From positions 1-36,570 of the IMG/VR virus record IMGVR_UViG_3300011339_000250: a DNA stretch of 36,570 nucleotides, one strand, 5' to 3'. This document shows positions 8,641-17,754 of this stretch, in pieces (the first letter of the stretch is position 1; each line of letters opens with the position of its first letter). Source of the DNA: a virus (taxonomy: Duplodnaviria > Caudoviricetes). The notes under the pieces are model-generated. The model was not told where the DNA came from. It did no database searches and saw nothing but the letters and a program-made list of their open reading frames with translations. The position numbers and the translations under genes were made by a program.

Positions 8641-9624
8641 TTACCTCAGTAAAAGTTCAATGGCAGAGGCCGCATCATCGACGCGACCAGTTTTTGCAAG
8701 ACGCTGCTTTGCCCTCGTACTCTCAGTTGTTGTCGAAACCCGACCCGCTGCACCAGGCTTGGCAGGTCGTGGGCCATTGTTCACAACAGGCTTGATGCCT
8801 TGGCGCTTGCTCATCATCTGGTCGTACAGCCCTGCCTTACGCAAGAGCAAAACCAGACGGTGGTCATAAACGCTTTTCAAGTCTTCCTCAGAGAAACCTG
8901 CCGCCTTCGCAGATTCAACCACCAGCGCCTTTTCGGCCTTCGCCTTCTTTGGATCTCTCCACTCGGGCAAAGCTGCCAAGAGCGCCTCTTTCTGGCTGGA
9001 AAGCTGCTCCTCCATGGCACGCTGCTGTTCATACTGAGAGAGTTGAGCCAGCCTCTGCTGTTCGGCTTGAATCGCCAAGGCTTTCTCTTGTCTCTCGCGC
9101 ATGACCTCTTTTTGCCGCACCCACTCGATTGGGTCTTCATGATAAAGACGGTCCAGATCGACTTGCGGCTCGGTCGCTTGAAGTTGTGCTTGCAATGCAC
9201 CCAACAATTGAGCGTACTGTTGACGCTCGGCCCGAACTGCCTGCGTTTCTTGCTCGACTTGCTTGCGCACTTCGGCAATCTGCTGCGTTTTTCGGGTGTA
9301 GTCCTGGGTCCGTGAGTAACCGTTTTGGAGTTCCTCCAGGGTCACAGCGACTTCCTTGCCATCAACCTTGACGGTGAAAGTCTGCGCCTGTTCTTGCTCC
9401 TCCGATTTCTCGCTGTCCTCGGACTGTTCCTCTGCGGATTCCTCCTCTGGCGCGTCTTCCACACCAGGGGATTCCTCCTCAGAGGCCGCTGTCTCGGTGT
9501 CCTCGTCGGACTCCTCGACTGGCTGCGTCTCGTCAACTTGTGCTTGTCCTTCTTCAGGGGCCATCATTGCCGAGATAGCAGTGGCCGCATCGGCCACATT
9601 CATTGCTTGAGATTCTGACATCAT
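8641..9624 (-). CDS. Capsid scaffolding protein
   Basis: Acidic N-terminus, TVKVDGKEVAVTLEELQNGYSRTQDYTRKTQ motif, coiled coil; directly upstream of the MCP. Confidence 0.85.
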   Translation of the reverse strand: MMSESQAMNVADAATAISAMMAPEEGQAQVDETQPVEESDEDTETAASEEESPGVEDAPEEESAEEQSEDSEKSEEQEQAQTFTVKVDGKEVAVTLEELQNGYSRTQDYTRKTQQIAEVRKQVEQETQAVRAERQQYAQLLGALQAQLQATEPQVDLDRLYHEDPIEWVRQKEVMRERQEKALAIQAEQQRLAQLSQYEQQRAMEEQLSSQKEALLAALPEWRDPKKAKAEKALVVESAKAAGFSEEDLKSVYDHRLVLLLRKAGLYDQMMSKRQGIKPVVNNGPRPAKPGAAGRVSTTTESTRAKQRLAKTGRVDDAASAIELLLR

Positions 9625-9629
9625 TTACC

Positions 9630-9890
9630 TCAAATTAGTTTTTGCGTGCGCTCGACAGACTTCTGTGCAATCTTGCCGTTGTCCATCATCTTGATCAATT
9701 CCTGCCGCAATCCGTCGATGGCCTGCAACATGCACCATGCGGTTTCACGCTTGGCCGTTTCTTCAGGCTTCGAGGATCTGAACAGCCAGAGCTGATCGTT
9801 CTCAAGTTTCGCAATCGCAGTATTCAGGGTTTCATCCTCAAGAATCTGCTGGGCCTTGCGGCCCTTCCTAATCTGGTCTTCGTTGGTCAC
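9630..9890 (-). CDS. Small head-module hypothetical protein
   Basis: 86-aa ORF between portal and scaffold; overlaps the portal stop. Confidence 0.7.
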   Translation of the reverse strand: MTNEDQIRKGRKAQQILEDETLNTAIAKLENDQLWLFRSSKPEETAKRETAWCMLQAIDGLRQELIKMMDNGKIAQKSVERTQKLI

Positions 9891-12103
9891 TGTGCCATTC
9901 CACTAAGGTTGATGGGTGACGCCATTGGTGCTGCTGGCTGCGGCTGCTGAACAAACTGTTCTGCCTGCTGCTGGGCCAAGAGCGCCTGCTGGCGTATCGC
10001 TTCACGATCAATGTTCTGCGCTGCGTTGATTTCCGCCGCGCTGATCTGTGAGTTGTACTTTAACTCAATTTCGTACTTCTTGAGATAGAGGTCTTGCGCC
10101 ATCTGGTCGCGCTTCAGGTCGTCTTCCATCATCATTTTTTGGCGCTCCAGCTCCAGCTCAGCGGCCTTCTTCTGGATATCGGCTCGAATGCTCTCGGCCT
10201 GCACCTGCGCCAGGATTTCCTCTGGCGTTGGTTTGGGCGCTGGTGGCGCTGGTGGCTGGTAATCGGCGGGGATGTCTTGGAAGTAGCTGGAGGCGTCCTT
10301 GAACCCCGACAGCTCCACAATCTTGCGCAGCGTGTTGCTGAACTGCTGTGGCGTCACCAGCGGGTTTTGTGGGCCAAGCTGCTGCAAGATCTGCTCTTGC
10401 TTGGCCATGATCATCATCAAGGCTTGCAGGCGCTCGTTGGTGTCGCCATTGCCCAGGGCAATGTTGATGCTGGCGTCCATGCTGGACTCCCAATGGCGCG
10501 GGTCGATGGCCACCCACTCATTGCGCATGCGCACCATGCGTGCCTTGTCTTGGTGGGTCACGACCAAGAACAAGATGCCCTTAAACAGCTTCTTCATGCC
10601 CTCGGCCAAGATGCGTGCTGTCAGCTCGATGCGGCCTTGGCTGGCGCTGATGGTGGCGGTCACTGCCGCCTTGGTGCTGGACTGCAAGGCATCGGCATTC
10701 AGGCCCATGGCCGCTTTGCTCATGCCTGTGCGGTCTTCCTTGATCTGGTCCATGTACTCCATCATCGGGAATGCAGCCTGGCCAACGAATGGAGTGGACA
10801 AAGGCTGGACCATGCCAGGCGCACGCATGCGGATGATCGCGCCTGTCTCGTTGTTCAGCACATCGTCGATGTTGACCTGGCCCTCGACCACCGCCGTGCG
10901 GGGGTGGATCGACTGCGCCAGGCTGTCGAGCGTGTTGCGCAGAATCTCGGACTTGATCTCTTGCAAGTCGCGGGTAATGTCGAAAATGCTCATCGCCTCC
11001 AGTGGCGATGTGTGCGGCTCGGGGTCGCATGGGAAGTCTGCAAAGGGAATGTAAGACGCAGGCAGGTTGCGCACCACCTTGTAGCCGCCGCCCATGCAAC
11101 AGACTTTGCGCAGCTCGGCAATGCCGTCACCGTCATAGTCCACACGCGAATAAGCCTCGACATACAGCACTCGGCGCATCATGGGATTGGCTGCGTCATT
11201 GGTGCCAAATGTGGTGGACAGCGGCTGGCGTGCCAGATACTCGTCGTTGCTGTCAAGGTCCGTGGTGGACAGGTTTTGCTCAATCTCGTCTTGGTCATAG
11301 CCCATGGCGATCAGGTCGGCCACTGTGGCCATCTGTCGGTGGGCAATGATGGTGGCGTCATCAAACGAACGCGCCCGGCGGTCCAGCAGCAGCTCCTCGG
11401 GCGGCACGGCCATCACGCGAATGCGGCCATCCTTGGTGATGCGCTTGATCTGCACATCGTGCAGCATGGGCGCAGGCATGGCCACAGGCGCACCCGTGGT
11501 GGGGTCCACCGTCATCATCTGCATCTCATCGACGCTGGGGTCGGGGTACGACACCACGATGGTGACCTCGTTGGCAGGTTCCTGCATCAGCATTTCAAGG
11601 GTCTGATCGTCCAGCCCCGTGTACTGGTCGATGCTTACCTGCTCGTCGTCTTCCCACCAAAACTTGGCAATGCCGCACTTGCGGACCAGCGCATCCTTGA
11701 AGATGGCATAACTGGTCAGAAAGCCGTTGTTGTCGTTTTGGAAGATGTAATTCACATAGTCTGTGGCCTGCTGCGCAGACTTGACGTCTTCAGGGCCGCG
11801 CGGCACAAACTCGACCACATTCTCAGAGTTGAAGAAAACGCGCATCAGGCTCGGCAGCATGGCGCTCACCGTGTCGCGCACCTCCATGGCCACCACTTTG
11901 CTGTTGCCCTCGACCTCGTTGCCAAACAGGTCGCCACGGTAATACTCGGTGCCCTTGGCCCGTGTTGGCGAAATGTCGCTGTCAATGTAGCTGACCGCAT
12001 CCACCAAGTCTTGCGTGATGATGGCCTGCAATTCTTCGTCATCCATAGGGGTGACTGCGGCCACATCGGTGTTGATGGTGTTGGTGATGTCTTGCTCGTT
12101 CAT
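9887..12103 (-). CDS. Portal protein (podovirus, P22-like with C-terminal helical barrel)
   Basis: ATG at 12103; YYRG..GNE..GNSKVV, FKDAL..KCG, RVMAVPPEE motifs; Gln-rich coiled-coil C-terminus. Confidence 0.9.
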   Translation of the reverse strand: MNEQDITNTINTDVAAVTPMDDEELQAIITQDLVDAVSYIDSDISPTRAKGTEYYRGDLFGNEVEGNSKVVAMEVRDTVSAMLPSLMRVFFNSENVVEFVPRGPEDVKSAQQATDYVNYIFQNDNNGFLTSYAIFKDALVRKCGIAKFWWEDDEQVSIDQYTGLDDQTLEMLMQEPANEVTIVVSYPDPSVDEMQMMTVDPTTGAPVAMPAPMLHDVQIKRITKDGRIRVMAVPPEELLLDRRARSFDDATIIAHRQMATVADLIAMGYDQDEIEQNLSTTDLDSNDEYLARQPLSTTFGTNDAANPMMRRVLYVEAYSRVDYDGDGIAELRKVCCMGGGYKVVRNLPASYIPFADFPCDPEPHTSPLEAMSIFDITRDLQEIKSEILRNTLDSLAQSIHPRTAVVEGQVNIDDVLNNETGAIIRMRAPGMVQPLSTPFVGQAAFPMMEYMDQIKEDRTGMSKAAMGLNADALQSSTKAAVTATISASQGRIELTARILAEGMKKLFKGILFLVVTHQDKARMVRMRNEWVAIDPRHWESSMDASINIALGNGDTNERLQALMMIMAKQEQILQQLGPQNPLVTPQQFSNTLRKIVELSGFKDASSYFQDIPADYQPPAPPAPKPTPEEILAQVQAESIRADIQKKAAELELERQKMMMEDDLKRDQMAQDLYLKKYEIELKYNSQISAAEINAAQNIDREAIRQQALLAQQQAEQFVQQPQPAAPMASPINLSGMAQ

Positions 12104-12145
12104 GGCTGTGCCTTTAGGTGAACCGTACTGCGTCAATTTTAGTCT

Positions 12146-12835
12146 TCAAAGGTCGAACCAAGCCTTGGCATATTCTGGGCGGTTGGCCAGCAGCCAAGGC
12201 ATGGCTTGGTCGTGCAGCCGCTTTGCATCAAAGCCAATTGTGTGGCTGCCGATGTGGTGGACGTAGCTTGAACTGACAAAGTGGCTGTACCCTCGCTCAA
12301 TCAAGTCCCGGCAATGCACATCGTCGGAGTACCAGTTCAGGGGTGGAAAGCCATCGCCAAACGCCTCTTTGTTGATGTAGGCAAAGATCGGGCTGACCTC
12401 CTCGGCCATCTTGATGTGGGCCTCGGATGGGAATTTGTAAAAGTGCAGGCGCTCGGGCTGCTCGGTGATCCGCACGTTTTGGCCAGGCCGCGCAGCATCG
12501 CTTCTCGATGCCACCCAGCCAGGCTTGACGCTGTGCATGGTCTTGATGATCTGCACATCTTCGAGCAGCAGTTTCACGCTGTCAGGCGTCAGCACGATGT
12601 CATCGTTGGCCACCAAACACTCGTCATACTCCATCAGCGCCCTCTTGATGACGCAGTTGTAGTCGTCGCCAAAGTTGCTGGGTGGGCCAAACATTTTTAG
12701 GGTGGCATCGCAGTGTTCAATGACCGACTCAGGGCCATGCAGGTACACCGGGTGCTCTGGTGCGTACTGCTTGATGGACTCAAGCAGCACGGCCAAACCT
12801 TTGCCATGCACTGTCGAGATGCAAATAGGGATCAT
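12146..12835 (-). CDS. Glycosyltransferase family 2-like protein
   Basis: ATG at 12835; NFGDDYN, LVANDDIVL, WYSDDVHC, YVHHIGS motifs. Confidence 0.75.
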   Translation of the reverse strand: MIPICISTVHGKGLAVLLESIKQYAPEHPVYLHGPESVIEHCDATLKMFGPPSNFGDDYNCVIKRALMEYDECLVANDDIVLTPDSVKLLLEDVQIIKTMHSVKPGWVASRSDAARPGQNVRITEQPERLHFYKFPSEAHIKMAEEVSPIFAYINKEAFGDGFPPLNWYSDDVHCRDLIERGYSHFVSSSYVHHIGSHTIGFDAKRLHDQAMPWLLANRPEYAKAWFDL

Positions 12836-13128
12836 TTTTTCGCTTTGTTTCTCGCTGAGATCGCCTTGGCCTTGGCCTTGGCGTCTTCCTTGGAACTGGC
12901 ACCCCAAGCCTTCAAAGACAGCAGCAGCCGGGTTGGCTCTCCACCCTTCATCTCAGGCCCAGGCATGTTGCCCATGCGTGCCAAGAAGCTGGCACGCCGT
13001 GGGTTGTCGCCCGACTTCACGGGCGCTTTGAGGTTCATGCCCTCGGCCTTGGCGCTGGCACGCCCCTTGGCGTTCAGGCCACCCGATGGGCTTTTGCCCT
13101 CTTTGCGCTGCCAGGCTGGCGTCTTCAT
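12832..13128 (-). CDS. Small basic protein, 98 aa (MKTPAWQRKEGK..., DUF6321-like)
   Basis: ATGA-coupled on both sides; GGLNAKGRAS and RRASFLARM motifs. Confidence 0.75.
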   Translation of the reverse strand: MKTPAWQRKEGKSPSGGLNAKGRASAKAEGMNLKAPVKSGDNPRRASFLARMGNMPGPEMKGGEPTRLLLSLKAWGASSKEDAKAKAKAISARNKAKK

Positions 13129-13280
13129 TTCTTCTTCACCGGCTTGGCTGTCTTGGCCGCTGCCTTGAAGGCCGCAGCCGTTGGCGCACCCTTGGTGCCG
13201 GGCTTGCGCATCTTCTCGCCCGAACCCTCTTTGATGCGCTCTCGCTTGGCTGCAATGTTGCTGTAAAGACCTGGCTTCAT
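13125..13280 (-). CDS. Small basic protein, 51 aa (MKPGLYSNIAAKRERIKEGSGEKMRKPG...)
   Basis: Translated by hand; Lys/Ala-rich; its stop overlaps the next ATG. Confidence 0.75.
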   Translation of the reverse strand: MKPGLYSNIAAKRERIKEGSGEKMRKPGTKGAPTAAAFKAAAKTAKPVKKK

Positions 13281-13291
13281 GACTCGTCCCC

Positions 13292-13759
13292 TTATTCGTA
13301 CTCGCCTTCTTCCATGTCTTCGCCTTCTTGCTCACCCGTGTTGGGGCCACCCACCACCCACGCATCGCAGGTGCGGCTGGCTGCGCACTTGAAGTCAAAG
13401 ATCTCGCAATACCCGAGGTCGGCCAGCTTGATGGTGCCCCATGGGTCGGCCTCCATGCCAATGCCCTCGGCGATGCACTTCTTGAGCTTGTCCGACACGT
13501 TGAATGCCGCGCAGTTGCCGCACAGGCTTTGCTTGGCGTCATCCACAGACACATCCCACTGGTCAGCCTTCTTGGCCCAAAACGCGCTGTTGGGCAGCTT
13601 CGGGATTTCAGGGCCGTCGGCCGCGCTGGTGATGGCCTTGGCCCGGTTCTTCAGGTTCAGCGTGATGTCCAGTGTCGGCATCGGGCAGCTCTCGCCACCC
13701 TCGTCCTCCATCTCGTCACGGTCCATGGCTTGCTCCATGGTGCGCTGCATAGTGGCCAT
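13292..13759 (-). CDS. Acidic Cys-containing hypothetical protein
   Basis: CGNCAAF..C..GYCEIFDFKCAASRTCDAW pattern. Confidence 0.75.
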   Translation of the reverse strand: MATMQRTMEQAMDRDEMEDEGGESCPMPTLDITLNLKNRAKAITSAADGPEIPKLPNSAFWAKKADQWDVSVDDAKQSLCGNCAAFNVSDKLKKCIAEGIGMEADPWGTIKLADLGYCEIFDFKCAASRTCDAWVVGGPNTGEQEGEDMEEGEYE

Positions 13760-13920
13760 TATTTTTTCCCCTTCGGCTTGACGCCAGCAGAACTCAAAGC
13801 AATGGCCAAACCCTGCGCCTTGCTTTTCACAATTGGACCGCCTTTGCCGCTGTGCAGCTTTCCGGCCTGGAATTCTTTGTAAACCTTGGAGATCTTCTTC
13901 TCCTGCTTGGTCTTTTGCAT
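13759..13920 (-). CDS. Small basic protein, 53 aa (DUF6496-like)
   Basis: KISKVYKEFQAGKLHSGKGG..QGLAIALS motif; GAAAGG SD. Confidence 0.75.
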   Translation of the reverse strand: MQKTKQEKKISKVYKEFQAGKLHSGKGGPIVKSKAQGLAIALSSAGVKPKGKK

Positions 13921-13948
13921 GATGCGCCTTTCGGTGTAATACCCCAGA

Positions 13949-15358
13949 TTATGCGACTCTGGACAGGTTTCGGCGCAGCGGCTGGCTCCACTTGCTGCTG
14001 GCCGCGCTGCCGTACATCCCGGCAATGGCATCGCTGGCAAACGTCAGCACAAAGGCGTCAGCCTTGTCAGGGCTGGGCAGGCCGCGCTTTCTGATCTCGT
14101 CCTTACCCTCAATCTGAATCTTGCCGTTGCTGGTGAAGCTGTAGCGCACCGTGGCCAACTCAGCGATCAGCACCTCGTCCTTGGCCATCTTGCAGTCGCG
14201 TGCCTCAAGCCAAGCCCGTGCCCGATACCAAAGCTCGGCCTTCAAATTCCTGTACGTGCCGCCCATGGCAGGGCTTTCGGCCACGTTGATGCCCCGCGCT
14301 GGCAGGCCTAACTCCCGCAGCCGGTCCACCACCCCAGCCCCCAGGCCAATGGAGTCCACCAGAATCTCTTGCGGCTGCTGGCTGGGTGGCAGGGCCTGGT
14401 ACTCGGCCACCACCGCGCCTGTGAGTTGCATCAGGTCCAAGTTCTTCCACGTCTTGATGCTCTCGGTCACAGCGTTGCCCTGGCGCTTACACAAGGCTGA
14501 CCTGTCAGAGCCAAACCGCGCAACGTCCAAACCCCAGACAATCGGCGCATGCTGGCTGGTGGCCACATCGCGGTTCACCGCCTGCTCGAGCAAGTCCATG
14601 GCGATCACCGTGTCGTCATCACCCTTGGGGAATTCGCCCACCACACGGATGCGGTAGACGTTGCTTTCCTCCCCGTAGCGGGTCTGCATCTCCTTGACGT
14701 ACTCGTCCGAAACCCGTGGGCTGTCCAGACAGCTCACCCTGAAGGTGGTCCACTCATCGGCCAGGCGTGTGTGCGTGTCGTAAAAAAACCCGCTGGAGCG
14801 CACCGGGTTGCCCAGCAGCAGCGTCACAGCGTTGTGGCCAGACATGGACCCCGCCGCCGCCTCAAACACCTGCTCGGGCACGCCTGACGCCTCGTCGGCC
14901 ACCAGCATCACGTTCTCGCTGTGAATGCCCTGCAAGGCTTCAGGCTGCTCGGCCCGGCTGGTTCGCGCCGAGATGAACATCTCCGTGGGCGCTGCGTTGA
15001 ACTCGATACGCTCTTGCTTGACAGTCAGCAAGCCTTGAAGTGGCAGCGGCATCGCGTTGATCCACCGTTTCAGCTCCGCAAACATCGCGTCATAAAGCTG
15101 GCTTGATGTCGGCGCAGTCACCACCACCTTCACCGGGCTGCGTGTCATGAAGTACCACAGCATGGCCCAGCTCGACGCTGTGGACTTTCCCACACCGTGG
15201 CCAGAGCGCACGCTGATCTTTCGATCACCTCGGGCGATGGCCTTCAGAAACTCAATCTGCCACGGGTCAGGGTCAACCCCCAACACCTCCTGCACAAACA
15301 GCACCGGGTCGGGGTGATACCTGTCCACCCACTGCTTGAATACGTTGTCATTTGCCAT
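13949..15358 (-). CDS. terL: Terminase large subunit
   Basis: Walker A SGHGVGKS, Walker B LVADEASG, GNP motif, nuclease GLDVARFGSD and SPDKADA. Confidence 0.95.
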   Translation of the reverse strand: MANDNVFKQWVDRYHPDPVLFVQEVLGVDPDPWQIEFLKAIARGDRKISVRSGHGVGKSTASSWAMLWYFMTRSPVKVVVTAPTSSQLYDAMFAELKRWINAMPLPLQGLLTVKQERIEFNAAPTEMFISARTSRAEQPEALQGIHSENVMLVADEASGVPEQVFEAAAGSMSGHNAVTLLLGNPVRSSGFFYDTHTRLADEWTTFRVSCLDSPRVSDEYVKEMQTRYGEESNVYRIRVVGEFPKGDDDTVIAMDLLEQAVNRDVATSQHAPIVWGLDVARFGSDRSALCKRQGNAVTESIKTWKNLDLMQLTGAVVAEYQALPPSQQPQEILVDSIGLGAGVVDRLRELGLPARGINVAESPAMGGTYRNLKAELWYRARAWLEARDCKMAKDEVLIAELATVRYSFTSNGKIQIEGKDEIRKRGLPSPDKADAFVLTFASDAIAGMYGSAASSKWSQPLRRNLSRVA

Positions 15359-15367
15359 ATGAGGCAA

Positions 15368-15664
15368 TTATGCACGCTCCTTTGCCAGCAAAAACAGCAG
15401 GCAGCACCCTGCATGCGCCAAATGCGGCAGCCCAGACTCTGGATCATTGGCCTCACCACTGTTGTGCGCAATCAGGTGCCGAAACGCTGCGGCCAAGTAC
15501 CGGGTGTCCCCACCCTCGACTTTCCTCCAGTTGTCGCGGCTGTACTTCTGCGCCCCAAACTCCAGCACCTTCACCACATCCTCCAGCCCATCCCATGGCA
15601 CCAAGGTGTAGTCCAGCTTGCCGCTGTCGTGCTTCATGCCTTGCGGCTCAATCATCTCAATCAT
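15368..15664 (-). CDS. dATP/dGTP diphosphohydrolase-domain protein (DUF5664)
   Basis: KHDSGKL..L.FGAQKY..DNW..RHL..DPESGLPHLAHA family motif. Confidence 0.85.
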   Translation of the reverse strand: MIEMIEPQGMKHDSGKLDYTLVPWDGLEDVVKVLEFGAQKYSRDNWRKVEGGDTRYLAAAFRHLIAHNSGEANDPESGLPHLAHAGCCLLFLLAKERA

Positions 15665-16053
15665 GTCGTCACCTTTCTGATCTCTCGGATTTTGTCTCTT
15701 GTCATGGCCATGTTGAACACGCTATTCATGCGGTACATCCTGTTCTTGCCCTGCTCATGCCTGCGCCTGTTGGCAGCCGGGTCGGCCTTGGGCTTTGGCT
15801 TGTCCGGCTTGTCGCCCAGCGCATACACCGGCCTCGGATAGCGCCTGGCCCCATCATGGCCGTGCGACCAGTCGATAACGTGGATGCGCTTGTCGCCAGC
15901 CTTCGTCCTCTTGTTCATGCGGCCCAGCACCGCATGCGCGTCATAGCGGCTGATGTCGGCCCAATCGGCAAACTCCTGCGCAGTCATGCGTCCAAACTCT
16001 TGCAGCGCCTCCAGCGCCTTGACCACATGCGGCCCCGTGTTGGTGGTCGTCAC
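15661..16053 (-). CDS. Putative winged-HTH DNA-binding protein
   Basis: GTG start at 16053 after AAGGAG; MTAQEFADWADISRYDAHAVL helix pair, then RPVYALG. Confidence 0.55.
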   Translation of the reverse strand: MTTTNTGPHVVKALEALQEFGRMTAQEFADWADISRYDAHAVLGRMNKRTKAGDKRIHVIDWSHGHDGARRYPRPVYALGDKPDKPKPKADPAANRRRHEQGKNRMYRMNSVFNMAMTRDKIREIRKVTT

Positions 16054-16511
16054 TTGGTCAACTCCTTGCGCTTGATGGTGCGTGCCATGTGAATAGCCTT
16101 CTCCATCTCCTGCACTGTGCATTCATCAAGCTGCTGGGTGTGAATCTCAATCCCCTGCTTGATTGCCTGCATCTCCGGCCCCGTGAACAGAAACCTTCCA
16201 GTTCTCTCTCCACGGTCATGCATCGCGTACGCCGCCTCTTTGGCTGCTTGAAGTTCCGGCAGCCAGTCGGCCCCCAAATTCGGGTTGACCCGTGGCAAAC
16301 ACAGCGCCATGTCAAACGCCTCGCGCATGGTGTGCGAATGCTCACCCTTGCCATGCCCCAAGATCAAGGCGTCCATCGCCGCCAGGTTGGCCAGCTTGAG
16401 CGCCACGCCAGCCTTGGGGACACTCCCCACCGGCTTGAATCCCGCCTTGATCCAACTCATGTTGTCAGCCCTGATCGGCCTTGGCTTGTAACTGCTTTTC
16501 TTGCGGCTCAC
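16050..16511 (-). CDS. Hypothetical protein
   Basis: 153-aa ORF with GTG start, coupled to its neighbours. Confidence 0.7.
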   Translation of the reverse strand: MSRKKSSYKPRPIRADNMSWIKAGFKPVGSVPKAGVALKLANLAAMDALILGHGKGEHSHTMREAFDMALCLPRVNPNLGADWLPELQAAKEAAYAMHDRGERTGRFLFTGPEMQAIKQGIEIHTQQLDECTVQEMEKAIHMARTIKRKELTK

Positions 16512-16600
16512 TTAATGATCCTCATGAACGCACCACACCGGGCGCACTTGTAAAGCGGCTGACCGGGGACGGCCTCCCAGCGGTGTTGGCAGTCGGTCAT
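16508..16600 (-). CDS. Micro zinc-ribbon protein, 30 aa (MTDCQHRW...YKCARCG)
   Basis: Translated by hand; CxHxW...CxxC; overlaps both neighbours by 4 bp. Confidence 0.6.
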   Translation of the reverse strand: MTDCQHRWEAVPGQPLYKCARCGAFMRIIK

Positions 16601-16962
16601 TCGGCCACCTCATACGTCATCTCAAAGATGTCGGGCTTGCATGGGTAAAACTCACCCTTCACGCCAGTGATGATCCAATCGCCGGGGCAGGCAATGTGAC
16701 CACCTTCGAGTGTTTCGATCCAGCCATGAACGTGCATGGTATTGCCGCAGTGTTTGCAAGCCGCATCGCCATCAACACCGGGGTCACGGTAGTAGCGCAC
16801 GATGTCGCCCTCCCATTTCATCTCCTTGCGGTACTTTGGAGAAAACAGCAACAGTTGACCATCCTTAAAACCGTCATGTGTCTTACTGTAATCCAGTGGG
16901 TGGTCGCCGTTCTTGAACCACCGGGTGGCCTCAATAACCACGGGCTTCTTTCTGAATTTCAT
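16597..16962 (-). CDS. Conserved phage protein (PGDYG-like family)
   Basis: KFRKKPVVIEA..TLEG..PGDWIITGVKGEFYPCKPDIFEMTYE motif. Confidence 0.75.
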   Translation of the reverse strand: MKFRKKPVVIEATRWFKNGDHPLDYSKTHDGFKDGQLLLFSPKYRKEMKWEGDIVRYYRDPGVDGDAACKHCGNTMHVHGWIETLEGGHIACPGDWIITGVKGEFYPCKPDIFEMTYEVAE

Positions 16963-17069
16963 ACGCAGCTCCTGATGGTTAAAAGTGTCAGCATGAAGGC
17001 GATGAATGCCAGCGCCACCCAGATCAATTGCCCGTCAGCCGGGGTTGGTTTGTCTTCGTCTTGGTTCAT
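16959..17069 (-). CDS. Small TM protein, 36 aa (MNQDEDKPTPADGQLIWVALAF...)
   Basis: Translated by hand; ATGA overlaps on both sides. Confidence 0.55.
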   Translation of the reverse strand: MNQDEDKPTPADGQLIWVALAFIAFMLTLLTIRSCV

Positions 17070-17296
17070 TCGTCCATCCTCCCTCTGATGGCATTGGCGC
17101 AGTATTTGGCTTGATGCAACCCATCCTCAATTGCAAGCTGGTCGCACATCTTGGCGCATCGCTCTTTCATGTCAGCACGGACAAGCTCGGCAAAGCGCGT
17201 AACCTCATCGAGACCAATAAGGGATTCGGTTTCTACGTCATTTTTGGCAATGCGACCATTTGTGGCCAAACGCGCCATTTCAATTACGGTCATCAT
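17066..17296 (-). CDS. Hypothetical protein
   Basis: RFAELV..ERCAKMCD..CANAIRGR motif typical of small phage accessory genes. Confidence 0.7.
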   Translation of the reverse strand: MMTVIEMARLATNGRIAKNDVETESLIGLDEVTRFAELVRADMKERCAKMCDQLAIEDGLHQAKYCANAIRGRMDE

Positions 17297-17754
17297 GTGT
17301 TCTTCTCCTTGAGTTTGGCTTCGATGGCATTGATGTAGTCGAGCCAGCCTTGATAGTCCTCGCGCTCAAATATCTGCCGCTTTTCCTCATCCGTCAGCCC
17401 AACCCATGTGCGCTGTGCTGGTGGGGATGCGTAGAGCTTTGGGGCAATTCTTTCTGGCACTGGAACGGCGTAGGTCGCCACCAACGTCCCGTTGTCCAGA
17501 TAGTCCCAGCCGATGTGTCTCGCCGCCACGGGTTCCTGCTGAGGCTGTGCTGGCTGCTCTGCCTTGTCCCACGACTCACCAAAATATTTTGACCCGTTAT
17601 CTTGCAGCAGTCGGTATGGGCGTTCTGGCTGCTCTGCCAGTGCTCCTTCCAAAATTTCCTCTGCTTCAAACAGCAAGGTGTCTACTGCGTTTGGATGGCA
17701 ATCTCTGGCTGATTTGATCTTGCCGAGCGCCAGCTTCATTGCTTCTCTGCTCAT
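17293..17754 (-). CDS. Hypothetical accessory protein
   Basis: QEPVA..LYASPP..WVGLTDEE..AIEAKLKEKN mosaic motifs. Confidence 0.7.
   Translation of the reverse strand: MSREAMKLALGKIKSARDCHPNAVDTLLFEAEEILEGALAEQPERPYRLLQDNGSKYFGESWDKAEQPAQPQQEPVAARHIGWDYLDNGTLVATYAVPVPERIAPKLYASPPAQRTWVGLTDEEKRQIFEREDYQGWLDYINAIEAKLKEKNT

Noticed and set aside
10094-12121. Long + strand ORF (675 aa) and similar antisense ORFs (7704-8795, 23350-24609, 33435-34847, 4576-5586)
   Set aside because: Shadow frames of well-supported minus-strand genes in GC-rich DNA; no recognisable motifs or RBS
15368-15664. Z-genome (2-aminoadenine) pathway
   Set aside because: No purZ or dedicated polymerase is recognisable
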